From the NCBI GenBank assembly GCA_964036045.1, contig OZ038379.1:31868001-31932000 (forward strand): 64,000 nucleotides of DNA, read 5' to 3'. This DNA is from Eutreptiella sp. 'Long Island Sound 2002'. Taxonomy: Eukaryota; Protista; Euglenida. Shown in pieces: positions 24,242-38,120 of this stretch. The position numbers and the translations under genes are program-made. Below the pieces are notes generated by a model, which saw only the letters and a list, made by a program, of their open reading frames with translations, was not told the origin of the DNA and ran no database searches. The stretch's first letter is position 1. Each line of letters opens with the position of its first letter.

Positions 24242-27200
24242 GACAGCTGTGCAGCAAACTTCCCCCTGCCCGTTTGGTGTCCGCCCATTGCTGTTCTTGA
24301 CTGGCGTTTGGGGTGGTGCGCTGCACTACTCCTGCACTTGTCCAGGCTCGTGATCCGATTGGAACAGGAGGAGTTCGTGGTCACTGACTCATCTGCCCAA
24401 AACCCTCTTCTCTCCTCCCCCCAACACCCGGACGGTGGGGGACAGTATCGTCTGGTCGTGTCACGTCCGTCCCGCATGTTTGATCTTGCACCATGACATC
24501 AAGCCATGGGCACCAACAGCAAATCAGGGCTGGGTCCGGACAGGCGGTGTATACCATCCCTACCGCTGAACGGCAAACGTCCCAGGCTGCAGTAGCTTTC
24601 GGCTTTTGGATACTCTTGTGTTGTTTGATTCACAATTGTTTCAGGCGGTCTTCACAATTTGCTGGCAGGCGCCGGCCAACCAACGCCAGTTTCTGGTCAA
24701 TGAATGTGCGGCACCAAGTCTCCCCCCCCCCCCCCCCCGGCCTCCTGAGGTGCTGAAGTTCCACGGGCCTGGCTCCTGCACAAGGGACCGTGCAGCCCTG
24801 CCCACGGACGACAGTGCCAAGCCACCCTTGCTTTTCCCCAGAACACACAAAGTTCCTGGAAATGCTGATGTGTGCCACTAGGTGATCCGGAACCCCGAGC
24901 CCTGCGGTACATTTCCCCCATCAGTGGTGGGGTGCACCCTCCAAACCTTCACAGTCTTCGGAAAGACTTCATGTGAAGGCTGCTGGCGCTAGCAGTAGAG
25001 TGGATGCCATGGGGGCAGAGGCAACACTTGTGAGCATAGTGCAACTATGCCACTCTCACCCGCCAAAATACCCTTCCACACTGTTCAGGGACAAACAATG
25101 TAGACAAATACCTCCCCAAAACCTGAACGGGTGTGCACCCATGCGTACTCACTGGCACGCACACTGCGCCTTCACAGCAGCCCCCACCCCCCTTCCTACA
25201 CCTGACTGCCAGGTCGTACTTCCCCTCAGATATCACAGCCCGAGCTTTAAAGCCTGTGTACCACACAGCCCTAGTACAGCCACAGGATCTCGGTGGGTAC
25301 AGACTGCCGTCACCGACAGTATGGCCTCATGCACATTGGGTTGATCTTTCATGAGTGTCGACAATCACCAGCCATTGTTCTGCAACACGCGCTTACACAC
25401 ATGGGCCCTGTCATACATATGCATGGGCCCAATGCTCTACCATTTTCAACATGCTCTCACACAGTTGCAAGTCGTTTTCCAGAGCCAGAAGGTATGCTAT
25501 CGATGGTGTAGCCAACAGCCTGGTGGGAGGGGAGCTAGTAGTTGTGGACATGCGCCTCAAAGGGATGCGCTCGGTGTGGCAGCGGTGCTTCTAGCCCGCA
25601 CAGCTGCTGATGGGGCGCCCGAGGGATGATAGGACGGGCCCTGATGGACTTATGCTTGAGCTGATGGTGAAAGGCCTGGGCCAGTGGCGGTCGAAAGAGG
25701 GTTCGGTCCACCACCACCACCACCACCACCAAGCACCTCATCCGGCAGTGTGAGTGGCAGGCAGGACAGCACTCACCCACTTTTTGGGGTGAGGGGGCCA
25801 AGGGTTCGGTGGATCTTCTGTTCATTTGTAGGGCTGGTGTAGCGACGCTGTGTGCTTCCCTTTTTTTTGGCGGAGTCATGCCCGCTGCCGTTTATTTTTC
25901 ATTGCTTTTCCTGCCCCCAATGTTTGAGCTGCGGCACACCAGACCGGTTTCTGCAATGTGTTGCATTAGGCTCCTGTGGAATGACAGGTGTGGTATTCGC
26001 GCTCTCAGCAGGCGTGGTTGAGCTTTTGATGCCTCACCCCAATGGGTTGCCTTGTTCCACACCTTGATCCAAAACCCTTTTTCTGTGACCCCCCCCCCCC
26101 CATCCCCACCCCCACGATGGCTGTGTGATATTCTGATTGGCTCTTTGATTGTTGAAAACTGTTCATGGCCCCAACAAGCTTCACGCTTCTGCAAGGGGCT
26201 TCCCCCTCCTGTTTTTCACTGAGGCTGCACCAGTTATTCCCTTCTTCTACTGTTGAGGGCTTCGTCTTCTTGTGCACGGAGCCCGTTCGACATTGAGAGG
26301 TGACTGCAAGGCCACATCCTGTTGAAAGAGTGTATAAATAGCTATTCCTGCCGAGACAGCCAGTGAATTATTCTGGTTGAACTCTTGCGGATGTTGAAAG
26401 GCACTAGGTCCTCTTCTCTGGGGCCGTTGGTGCACATGGGGGGCGTGTTGCGCGCTGTGCACAAAGTTTGTACAAGACCATACCCAAGCTGCATAGTGGT
26501 GCCTAGTACCAGTAACAATGAGCCTTGTTATGCATTTATATGAGCTGCTTGCATGCTTTGCCCTCATGTTTTGCCAAGAATTTGGATTTGGATTCCGATT
26601 ACGAACTATGGATTGCAATGAGGAAGAAATGGAGAGGTTGCGACAAAATAAGGCGTGGAAGAAGTGGAAGGAGGCTGAAAAGGTGGCATCACAATCGGCA
26701 GCAAAATCACAAGCTCCCAGTGTCTCGGAATTATTCCGGACACTGTGGTGAGGTTGTTGAGACAACTGTCAAAAAGGTACGCGGAAATCTCAATATGGTG
26801 GTGGACGAGGTTCGATGGTCTAACCGCTTGAACCATTATAACCATAGCTCACGTGACCCACTTCACTGACTCTATGCACATTAGCTCGATGGGTGGTGGC
26901 CTTGGGTGGCTTGGGGGGTGGGGGTGGGGTGAAACATGAGGCTATCCAACATTGTGGGGGTGTAGTATGATCTGTACAGGCAAGAATATTGCCAATGGTA
27001 GCAAAAATGCCCAATTTCTTCCTGTCATGTGCGCGTTGTGCCCGCGCTGTGCCCGCGCTGTGCACACACGGCGACATCATTGCATATTGTGGGGTTCTTG
27101 CGCTTGGGAGCCCCTGGGGGTGCAGACAAGGATTGAGGCTGCGCAAGGATGGAGCCATTGAGATCTTTGGTCGATTATATATTGGTCGTGCGGCTGGAGG

Positions 27201-28329
27201 GACTGCAGGGTAGGGGCTCTACAGGCATTGGAAGTGGAAGGTGTGTAAAGTGGAGGGTTCTGCAGGTTGGAATGGAAGTCCGTGGTGGTCAAGCGCGGGG
27301 GGGGGGTGTTCAGTGCAAACAGCAATGCATGCCTACCCGCTGAAACAAGTACTAGGGAACATGTACGAGTCTGATCCTGATTCTCAAACCACGTATCGTA
27401 GCCCTTGAGGGTGATTGAAGGCAACGTAATGGATGCCCATGTTGAGTGCCTCATGCGGTTCACAGGTTTGTTCGGTTCAGCGAGCGGAACTGCCGAAAGC
27501 AGGTCCAGTTGCAGCATTCTTAATTTGCAGCAGTGTTGCAAGGCCTGCACGGCAGGGCGAAGGATTTATTGCCCTCGATCGCGTATGTTGACACTGTTGT
27601 GTTTGGATATCCGTATTTCAATGGGACTGACAACCAACCATTTGACAATGCTAATGCTATTGCTGCTCTTGCACCCTTGATTCGGGGTTTTGCTTCTTTG
27701 CACTGCACAAACACCTCCAGGTATGTCCATACTTTCGAACTTCGGGCTTGAAAGGCCCTTGCCTTTCACATCCTTTGGTATTCCTGGTACACATGCCATG
27801 GATTTGGACAGCATTTCTGGCTCATCTAACTGTTCTGCTCTTTCATGGGTGCAAGGTTCAGCTGCATGGATGTAAGGAAAGCGATTTGTCCCCCGGCAAA
27901 TGTGTCCCCCCGTTTTGGTGCGGCATCAGATTTCTCATCATGAGCGCCATTTGATTGCCGTCATGATTAGATATTTGGGTGCAACTGCTTGAGAGCAATA
28001 CACACATGCACAACGTTCACAACATGCAAGCAGACAGAAGTAGAGGGACTTAGTTGCTTTGCAGAAAATCTCAACGTTTCAATTTGTATACGCCGTTGAA
28101 GGTCAACCCCCCTTTTGCGCAATGACCGCCCTGTGCACCTGGTCCGACAGCGCTTCTCTTGACACTGCTTGTTTTCCTACACAGAGTTGTTTATTGATGG
28201 CCGTGGAACAAGTTTTGGTGGCTGTAGGACAAAGGTTCAGGCATACAAGACCAATTTTGAATCCCCATAGCCGCCTAGAGGTGCGTGACCTCACCGTGGT
28301 GTGGGTGTGTAAACAAGGGGGGGGGGGGG

Positions 28330-30920
28330 GGGGGGGCTAACACGCAACCCGCAGGGATGGCGTTGCCGCGAGGTGGCATCCCCACTCCCTGCCGGCCACC
28401 TTGTGGGGGCCACCATGTGGCAGGTCAGGTGCCGGGGGATGGCATTTTGCAAGTGGGTGCTGGGCTTCCTGCGGCCTTGTGCTTTCTAGTACATATGTGC
28501 CTGTGTCCCTTAACTTCCTAGGTCCCAAAACATGGGGCATGGGGCCACCATGGGGCCCATGAGGGCGAGCGCCGTGTTCCAGAGCCTCCGCCTGGCTCCT
28601 ACCCAACACCGATGGAAGCCCAAGTCCTCGTGAGGGGGATAGGGTTGGCTAGTGGTGGGGATCATGCACAGGGGTGGGGATCATGCACAGGGCTGGGGCA
28701 GCCCCCTCCCAAGCCATGGCGGCACCCTTATAGCCACCTGGTGGTATAGCGGCCGGGGTCGGTCACAAGTGGTGTGGCGCCCCCCTGCCGTTGTCCTCCC
28801 AAGGAGGGAACACGCGTGGCGGATATGTGGTCCATGGGCCCATTGGGAGCCGTTGACACCCGAGTCCTTCCTTGAGGGGGTTAGTGTTGGTTAGAGGTGA
28901 GGAATTGTGTTGTCTGGGGCCTTTCCAAGGGGGCGCCTCAAGCGCAGTGCGCGCGCAGTGCAACTATTTGGGCGTCTAGCCGTACTAGAGACCCATACTT
29001 TGAGATACTAGGGGCCCCTAGGGGCATCATGGTGACCCCTAGCGTAGACTTTGACTTCTGATTTTGTTCCCTTTGTTGGGGACCCCCGAGAATGCAGGGG
29101 TGGGCCTTGGGCCTTGTAGGTTAAGCCTAGTGGTCTCCCACCCCAGGACCCCTCTTCTCAATTGTTTTACCTACTTATTGTGGGCCTACCTTTTAACTGA
29201 TTCAGAATTCAGTTGCTTGGCCATGCTTGCCGAGCCATATCCTGTGTCTGGCCCAACCTAGTTGCCCCAGATTCCTAACCAACTCCATTGCATGTCAAAG
29301 TGTGCACATGAAGTGCTTGGGACTATCCTTGAGGCCAGACTGATGCCAGTTTTCATTATAAAATCAATTGCAACTTGCAGTTTGGGTCACTTAATTCTAA
29401 GGGCATTTCCAAGGGGTGTGCTTGGGGGCTCTTCGGGGAGAACATAGTCTAAAAATAGCGCGCAGTGCGCGCGCAGTGCAAAGACTCCCCCTAACTGTAG
29501 CCCGGCACCGGGCACATCCGAGTCCTCCCTTGAGGGGGATAGGGTGGGGCCATCGTGATGGTGACACGCGGAGAAGAGGGGCTGCCCCCTTCGTAGCAGA
29601 GCCCAATAGCCGCCTGTTGGTAAGGTGACCGGGCTAGGTCGCAGCAGCCGCTTCCCTAGCTTGGGGGGCACCTTGATAGCTGTCTCATGGTATGATGGCC
29701 GGGGTCGGTCACATGAGGTGTGGGGGCACCAATACGGCCGCTGTCCTCGCGAGGGGGGGAAGGGGGCATGGGTGCGTGCTCGAAGAGCCCCTCTGGGTCT
29801 AGCTCGGTGCCGGTGAAACCCGTGTCCTCCCTTGACAAGGATACGGCCGGCCTGAGGGGGTGGGTAATGAACGCCGGGCCTCTGCCGGCTGTAGTTTAAC
29901 GCCACGAGGGCACACCACCGGCGATGGGGCCCTTAAGCGGGTGCAGGGTGCTCAAGAGGCACCACCAAAGTGCCAACTTGGTTCAGGGCGCTTGAAAGGT
30001 GCCCGTAGAGCGCCAATGACGAGGCAGGGCACTTGCTATGTGCCACCGGAGCGCCACCACAGAAGCAAGGTGCTCGCAGGGTGCCACTGGAGTGCCAAAG
30101 TGGATGCACGGCGCTCGCGGAGCGTCATCAGAGCACTGAAGCGAAAGCGGGGCACTCTCAATGCGCTGCTAGAGTGCCCAACCGTGAAGGTGAAGCTTGT
30201 TGGGAGTCATTGGACTGCCAAGATGGATGCAAAGCGCTCACAGGGCACCGCGCGAGCGCCTGCATGGCGCTGAGGGGACACAAGTGGTGTGGGGTAGGCC
30301 TCTCCCCATCCTGTGAGGCACCAAGGTAGCCGCTCGCTGGGAAGGCGCCCAGCGGAAGTCACAAGTAGTGTGGTGCTACCCCCTCCCTAGCCTGCGGGGC
30401 ATCCCGGTGGGCATCAGGGGCTGCTACGGCGCATGGCAGGCCAAGACGCCGCAAAGGTGGTTGTACATGGCGGAGTGGGTGTGGTGGGTGCGCCACGGGC
30501 ATTGTGGTGGCGTGTCTGGGCCCGGTCAGGCGGCACCACCATCGGCTGCACAATGGGGTTTGCACCGTGGATGTGGCGAATTCCCACAGGGATAGCCCAT
30601 GGCCCGCCGGGCGAGACCATTGTGGCCGCCAACAAGCCCGACGGGGTAGCCATGGGTGCCCTGGAGCTCGCCTGGGTGTAGCAACAAGATGGTTTTGGAT
30701 CCCACCCCAGCACCTGTCTGTTGGCATGACTGGCGCCCAGGGTAGGTCACAGGAGGTGCGCGGTCCCTCCCTCAGCCCGGGGGCGCCAAGAGGTAGTGGC
30801 GCTCGTGGGGCGCCAACATAGCATCCAAGCAGTGGTGTGGTGCAGACTAGGCGCCACCAGAGCGCCAAGGTGGATGTAGGGCACCATGATAGCTCTTGCA
30901 AGGCGCCCAGAGGGTGCTTT
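28330..30920. repeat. Degenerate GC-rich repeat region
   Basis: Recurrent ggggtcggtcaca.g.ggtgtgg, agtcctc..tgagggggataggg and gcgcca motifs; interrupted by the TIR element at 28929-29491. Confidence 0.5.
28929..29491 (+). mobile_element. GGGGG TIR-family non-autonomous copy
   Basis: Left gggggcgcctcaagcgcagtgc.., right ..gcagtgcaaagactccccc; flanks caa / taa. Confidence 0.85.
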
Positions 30921-33684
30921 GCACTAGTCCTGCAACGTGTGTAGCCTCCATGTTGCCCATTGGCCCACTACCTTGGCTACCGCGCATGCAATGCACTCTA
31001 GCCCCATCATCCCAATTTCCCTTTCTTCACAGTCCCGGATGGTTCCGTCGTATCTTCATCCCTGAACTTTCCCCGGCGGCTGTCATTTATTGCTTTCCTA
31101 TACATGACACCACATACTGTCGAACCTCCTCCTTTACTCTACGATATGTGGCCTCGTACCCGCTTGACGGACCTCTGCCATTTACCATGTCCTTGCTCCT
31201 CACATTCCTCCCAAGCCGGCCGTGGTGCTTGTGGCTGCTGGGTGTTCATGTGCTTGAGCCATGACTTCACCACTGTACTCCGAAGAACTGTTGAGCATGT
31301 GGAAGAAAAAAAATCCTCCCAACAGTAGGCAGCAGCAGCATGTTGTTAACCACATTAAGAAACATCTGCCAATTTTTTTGCGAGACACTGCTCCTGCGCC
31401 CCATCTTGTTGTAGGACAGGCCTCCCCTCCTCATGCCACGATCCTTGATGCTTGGCCCAACGCGATGAAATTTCATGCTAGCTTGTGAGATTCTTTTCTG
31501 CTCACAAAAATGTGCAAGATGGTCTTGCTCACGCTAATGCGGAAACGGCACGGGCCGTCAATGGTTTTTGTCCACGGTAAAGCTATTGGCAAGTAGCATC
31601 ATCAAGAGCATACAGAGACCAATTGTTTCGGCAACACTCAATGCCACGGCGATACCGTGACGGAGACCCCCCCCCCCCCAAGCCCTGTTCTTCACCCCCT
31701 CCCCCGCGCAACCAAACCAAGCCCAGTTGCTCTTGCAGGCATACCGGAGGGGGACCACGAGGGCGACATTGAGAATGAGGGCGAAGATTGTGAGGCAATG
31801 GCGGAGCAACGGAGTCATATTGCGACAATTAAGTGGACAGGGGTTTTCTTTGTCTAAAGGAGGATATTACATTTCTCCTTGAATGTTCGGATTCTGAGTG
31901 CTAAAACTAAGAAATCCGCCCAAATCCGCCCCAAACCACCACCCTTTTCCTATGTTTGTTTGCTTTTTGCCGAGTTTCATTTTATTAACATTGATGATGA
32001 TTCAGCACCCTCGCCTAGCCGTTCTGTTGAGGTGTGTGTAAACGTGAGCCAGCCGCCTTTGAGGTCTGTGCAACCCTTGGCGCCAGTACAAATCAAGAGG
32101 ATCCTGCAGTGAAGGCCCGGAACACTCAGTGAGGCAACGCTGAAAAACACACCGTCGGAGTGGGTAGAACCCAAGCAAATCCAAACCCCTATCCATGTGC
32201 GTGTGGTGGACGACTACCTTGTTAGTCAAATGCATGTAAGTTAGGTAAACAATGGCGGCATACCTTCTGTCACCACTTTGCCAAAGTTCTCCATCCTCAC
32301 ATCAACTCCCTGCTGCAATAATCTGTCGTTGTGGCGGCCTGCGGGCTTTCTCCTGAGGTGATGAAAACAAAAGAAATGAAGAGCAATGTTCTCTGCAGAG
32401 TGGAACAAACGAGAGTGGTCATGTTTCATGGCGGTTGGGGGGGGGGCAGTACCCGCAACACAATCACAGTCATCACCATCTCACTCACTTGCTCAAGTAG
32501 AAGCAATTACCAGTTGTTCCTATCCACGAGTCGGGCCAACCTTTCGAAGTGTAGACACCGAGGCAATTTTTTCATCGTGCTTCCACTCTTTCCTTTGGTA
32601 CTCCCGCCAGATTCTAGTCCCCACTTGGTATAAATCCATGCTTTCCACACACAACTATAGCGCACTTGCGTGCCCACGGATCTGTTCACGTATGTCCACA
32701 GCAGTTCTTGTCCGAACCACATCCGCCTCCACATACAGCATCCATGGGGTTACCTCTTTTGTCTTCCATGTAACTTCTTTCCACCATTTGAAGGTCGCAA
32801 CGGTCACATGCTGGTACGCTATCACGGAGAAGATATTTGATGTAAGACAAAGATAGGGGGTCACGAAATAGTGCAAAAAATGCCACTTTCATCATTTGAG
32901 CGCTCTCTAGAGCACAACGAGGTGCATACGTCCCACTTTCATGTTTGTTTGGTGCCCGGTGCATGCAGACGCAACGCCTGCAGTCGGCAGAGGGGGCACA
33001 CTCCACAGGGATCCGGCCGCCTGCCGTGGTGTGCCTAGGACGCCACCCATCTCACGAAAGTGGGCGTTCTTCCAATGTAAGTCGTTGTGTAGCGCCCCTG
33101 TGGCCTCGTCGAGGGACGCATAGGAGAATCTCTGCTTGGGCTCCTTCCCTGTGAGCGCCGCGTAGCGCGTCATGTAGGCTGTGTGGGACGTGCACAGGAC
33201 CCCCCACACCGGATTGGCCAAGATGTGGTCCTTAGGGGGGCTACCCCCCGCACTACTACCCCCTGCATGGTCCAAGGGCCTTCTGAGCGGCTTTCCAACT
33301 TGTAGCTTCTCTATCCACTTCTTCAAAACCCCCAAGCACAGCCTCATGCACTGTGTGACTCGCTCTTCCTGCAAGAAATCCTCCGAAGCTGCGGTCAAGA
33401 GCTCGCGAACGTCCTCATGCCCCTTGAGGTTCATCCTCTCGAGCTCCATCCAACACCCCTTGATCTCCTCCACTTGGGCCTCCATCTTGGCCGCCAAGGT
33501 GGGGGGGTTCTTGAGAAATCCGATAGCGGTGGGGTTTTTGGACCCCCCCCCCTTTAAAAACTGTCTGTGGCGGGTTTTTAAGGGTGTTTTTCCATGCAGA
33601 CACACCATTTTTGCGAAAAATTTTTGGTTGTATTCTTTTGGACCGCACATCAAAAGTTTTGTCCTTGCCCTCAATGCACACACT

Positions 33685-33850
33685 TTTGATTTTGTCCCCT
33701 TTGCTAGGGACCACCGAGAATGCAGGGGTGACATAGCATTTCCGCCCACTTGTGGGGCCCCGAGAAGGCAAGGGTGAGGTAGCCATTCCTGATTTTGTCC
33801 CCCTTTGTTTGGGAATCCCCGGGAATGCAGGGGCGACATAGCATTTGCAA
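33685..33850 (+). repeat. Dispersed minisatellite copy
   Basis: gattttgtcccc..ccgagaatgcaggggtgacatagcatttccgcccacttgtggggcccc, about 2.5 units. Confidence 0.75.
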
Positions 33851-34519
33851 TTGTCGGACAATGCAAACGTTGTTTACATTTGTTGGGGGTTCGCCCAACC
33901 GGGAGGTTTGTGCCGTGCGCCGCAGCCGATGGGTTGACGCATGTTCAACATTGCCGTTGAAATACTCATTGACAAGTTGTGTAATATGCACGGTGTGCCC
34001 ATTGGCGCATGGGGCATTGGCTCGATTTTGTCAGAACCATGACAACGCAGCCACGATACCAGGGAACAAGCAATGGTGGGATCGCACTCCTCCATTCCTT
34101 TAGAGTCCAGGGAGGCTCCAAAAAATTCATCTTCTTTGTCCAGCACAAGGGGTGCACCACATGGTTTCAAAAGGGTTGCACCGCTTTGGAAAGAGATTCC
34201 AAGACATTGTGCGTAGATGAGCCAATCTATGGGTGTTGCTCAAGGATGGCTGTGCCACGCGTGGTACCCCTTTCCCAAATCTTTTTGAGATCAACACTTT
34301 GCACACTACAATTTGCAGTGTACTAAAGTGGAGTCAATTGATCTGTACTGTAGCGCTCATGCCGCTTGCGCCAATCAAGATGTGCCAAAAAAAACGTCTT
34401 CGATGCCCGACATAGCCTGCAAGTGGTCCCGCAATTGCTGGACATCAAAATTGCGGATGTGGATCAAGGTGTGGGTGATGGGAAACAAATTATGGAGGAG
34501 GAGATGGAGGAGATGGAGA

Positions 34520-37500
34520 TGGAGGAGATATCCCGCAGCATTGGCTGCGGTCTGAGGTGGTGTCGATGTAGATGAAAGGGGATCCCGACCGCCCCGAGAA
34601 TTATCGACCCATTGCCCTGACCAACAGTATATATGGTGTTATCATGAAGCTGTACAGACCCCGTCTGCAGCGCCTCGTTGACCGGGTTGCTAGCCCTGAG
34701 CAGTATGGGTCAAGGCCTTTGCACACCGCAAGTGAGCAAGCTGCAAACTCAGTCAAATCCCTCCATGAGCACGAAATGGAGGGCCGGGAGCCTCTTGTTG
34801 TTTAGTTGGATATTGCCAAAGCCTTGCTGTCCACAATCCATGAGGTCATTTTCTCCATCCTGAACCATGCCGGGCGCCCGCCAAACTACGTGACCGCCTT
34901 CCGCACGATCTATGCACATATTGACACATACACGGACATACAAGGAGCACCGATCTATTTCAAGCCCACGCGGGCGTCAAAGAAGGATGCCCCTGCTCCC
35001 CGCTCTTGTTCGCTATTGTATATGAGTTGTTGATCAAGCGTTTGATCGCCAAGTACCCGGACACATTCGCTTATGTTGATGATATTGCCATCATTGTCAA
35101 AGATTATTCTGAATTTGAATGACTCCTCACCCACCCCTCCGCTTGGGGGTCCCAGATTGGGATCCATTTCAATTCTAACAAGACAGAAGTGTATCACTTC
35201 CACGGACCACGGTCCTCGGGCGCTAACTTAGGGGGTTCTCAGCAGGCAAAGCACATCTAGTGGGGACAACATTGCCTCGACTTCAAGGATCCCATGTTCA
35301 CTTACTTGGGCCACACCAGCGCTCGTTTAGGATATAGGGGTAAGGCTAGGGATGCGCTCTTCGCCGCCCTACAAGCTCAGGTAGCCGCATACACCATCCT
35401 CCCGTTGACAAGCTTTGAGCGGGCACAAATCGTCAATTCGGTACTCATCCCGAGGTGGGTGTATAAGAGTCTCTTTATGTGGGATGTGTGTTGGGGCAAC
35501 GGCATGGAGACCGCCTTCGAAGAGTTTGTCCTGCAGGCTCCCTGCGTGGAAAAGTACCGCATCTACACGGACGTCACGGAAGGGGGACTGGGCCTCCACA
35601 GCGCATCCTGGGCCGTTTTTTGCGCCCTTATCCAGCTAGTCCAACGGGCCTTGCGAGTTCCACACAGGCCCATGACGAGGCATACCAACTGAGGTCATCT
35701 CCCACACATGGTGGAGAAGTACCGCAAGATCTTGCTGTCCTTTGGTATGGAAATGGGGCGCCTGCCTCGTGCCAGCCAATCGGCAGGTCGAAAGGCACCC
35801 AAACGGGCCCACGATGACCTCGAGTCACTCTTCGATGATGAGGACTCCGATGATTGAAGGTTTGAGTCGCTTGTGCCCCACCAGTACCTCCAATGCCTAC
35901 CTCCCAAGAGCGGCACTAGTCCCGTGCAACCCAACGTTGAGCAATCAGGACGTGCTTGGCACCAGCAAGGGCAACCCACGGGGTCGACGTGGTACAGTGA
36001 CGGCAGCCTGTTGGAAGGGCGCGCCGGCACAGGGGTGGTCAACGGACCTATGTGCATCCAGGCGAGAGTACCGGGGCCGTAGACAAGTTATAGGGCTGAA
36101 ATGTACGGCGTATGGATCGCGGCGTGCCTAGCCCAACCGGGGGACTCTATCGTGCTTGACAACCGGGCTGCGGCCCGATGCGTCTCCAAGCCACCCAGCC
36201 CACAATCGTCCGACTATGATTTGCACGACGCAGCGTACCAGCTTATCTGCACCAAGGCACTCCAAGTACGTTGGGCGCGTGGGCATCGGGACCCCAAAAA
36301 GGCGCATAGCTTGCAAGATTATCAAGATAGGATTGGCAACGAATTGGCCGACCTCGCAGCCCGAGCGGGCAGCACTATGCACCCTTGCCGTGGTCTAGGC
36401 AGCACATCACCCGCGGATATCCTCTTGAACAACCATGTAATGCCGTCCCCTGCCCGAAAGTGGATCATCAAATCACGCCCCTAGAAGCTGCTACCCGAGG
36501 TGCAATGGACGTCATGGCTGCCTTTGCGCGCGGTCAACCGAGATAAGTGGGGTCGATGGCTGGGGGGGACACTGCGATGGCCAGGGTATGGGGCACCCTG
36601 GGAAACCGGGCCGCTGCTGTGCCCACGGTGTGCACAACGCCATGGCCTCGCAGTGCAGGAGTGCCTCTTGTCATGCCCCTCCGAATCCCGGTTTTGGGAC
36701 ATTTGGACCGACACATGGGAGACATGGAAACCGGAGGCAACCAAGTGGCGACAAACGGCGTCCACCGACGAACTGCGCATGTGCACCCGCTTGCAGTTCC
36801 TGCACTCCCTTCAACGATCCTTCCTTCCAGTCCAGGCGCACTGGAGGGTGGTAGGTGCCACATGGCACTTCCACGTATTCCAGCGATTGCAAGCGTGGGT
36901 CGTTGACAAGCTGCAGCACGCCCCATCTTTCGTCAGCAATAAGCGGCCCACGCACATCGTCCCACCTGTTGCTGGGGCCCTGCTGCAGGTAGCTAAACCT
37001 ACGGCCCGCAACAGTTGGAACCACGTCAGAGGTGTTCTGTCAGCCGCGATCAGAGCCACGGTTCACAGATACCGCGCCCACTGTGGAGGAACTTCCGTGG
37101 CAATTGACACAAGCGGTCACAACCGCTGAGCGCACATGGGTTTTGGAGGCCATGGCCTGGCAGCGCCATGTAGCACCGCCGCGCAAACGGCCCAGAGAAC
37201 CGTCGCCGCCACCGGCACAGACTCCGGCCTCACCGCCGCGTGAGTCTTGTGAAATCCATGCCGGACCTTTCTTGGAACAGGCCAGGCGGGTCATGCTACA
37301 CGCCCAAACGCAAGCCGCACGAATCTGCCTGGAAGAGGTGGAACATGCACTCGCCCGGCAAGCCATCACACAGAAGTCCCTCTTCTTGGCACACCACCAC
37401 GCGCACTTGTGCCGGCAAGCGTATTTCCTCTACAAGGAGCACACGGCACGGTGGTACGTAGAAGCGCAACAAGCGGTCTACCATTTGTCCTAGATGGCGG

Positions 37501-38120
37501 ACTCCCGCCGACTACCCTTCCGCCAATGGCGCATGGCTGTCCTCCCCGAGGCGCGGTCCACGGTGTCGCGCAAGCTCGCCGCGGCATCCTCGTGTTGGGA
37601 GCAGGCACATGTTTCGCTGTCCACCAGCATCCAAGCAGAAGAAGCATCCAAATGGCTGCATATGTCCCAAGTGCACGCAGTGACCCTTACGGCCTTACGG
37701 CGGACGACTTTGTCGGACCCCCGATGGGACATCCGAGGGGCCACCGCACAGCGCATGAAGCGCTTGCGGGACGAGAACCCACCCGAGACACACAAGAAAC
37801 GGAGGACAGAGACGCTGGAGGTTCCTAGTGATCTCCAGGATATGGAAATCCCGCTGGAGGACATGGGCGACGTCATTGTCTTGACTGGATTGTAACACCC
37901 CGAGAGGTCCGGGAGGACGCGCATACCCGTGCAAACGGGGCGACAGGGGTGGGCCAAGGCGCAGGACTTGTTCCTCCCGCCACCCCACCGCAGCCGTCTT
38001 GGTGAGAGTAGGTCATACCAGACCCATACCCAAAGTTGGCCCTATCACTGACCCATGACCTGCTATGTGTACTCTCAATGGACACTTGGTGGAACTTCGG
38101 TCACGAGTTAAAAAAAAAAA
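34520..38120 (+). mobile_element. 5'-truncated LINE (RT-RNase H-Zn-3'ORF), colinear copy
   Basis: KGDP.RPENYRPI, LDIAKA, YVDDIAI, FTYLG, WYSDGS..AEMYG..LDN..GNELADLAA, CPRCAQRH; poly(A) at 38109-38120. Confidence 0.9.
37032..37895 (+). pseudogene. Extra 3' ORF of the LINE (His/Gln/Arg/Ala-rich, helical), one internal TAG
   Basis: ORFs 37032..37493 and 37494..37895 are contiguous in frame; the other copy reads CGG at the TAG position. Confidence 0.6.

Noticed and set aside
32380-34500. Possible transposase or gene fragments (KEVTPWMLY; GTPCILHNL; ORF 32907..33866)
   Set aside because: Only isolated 4-6 residue resemblances, and the long ORF runs through a minisatellite; not enough to call.
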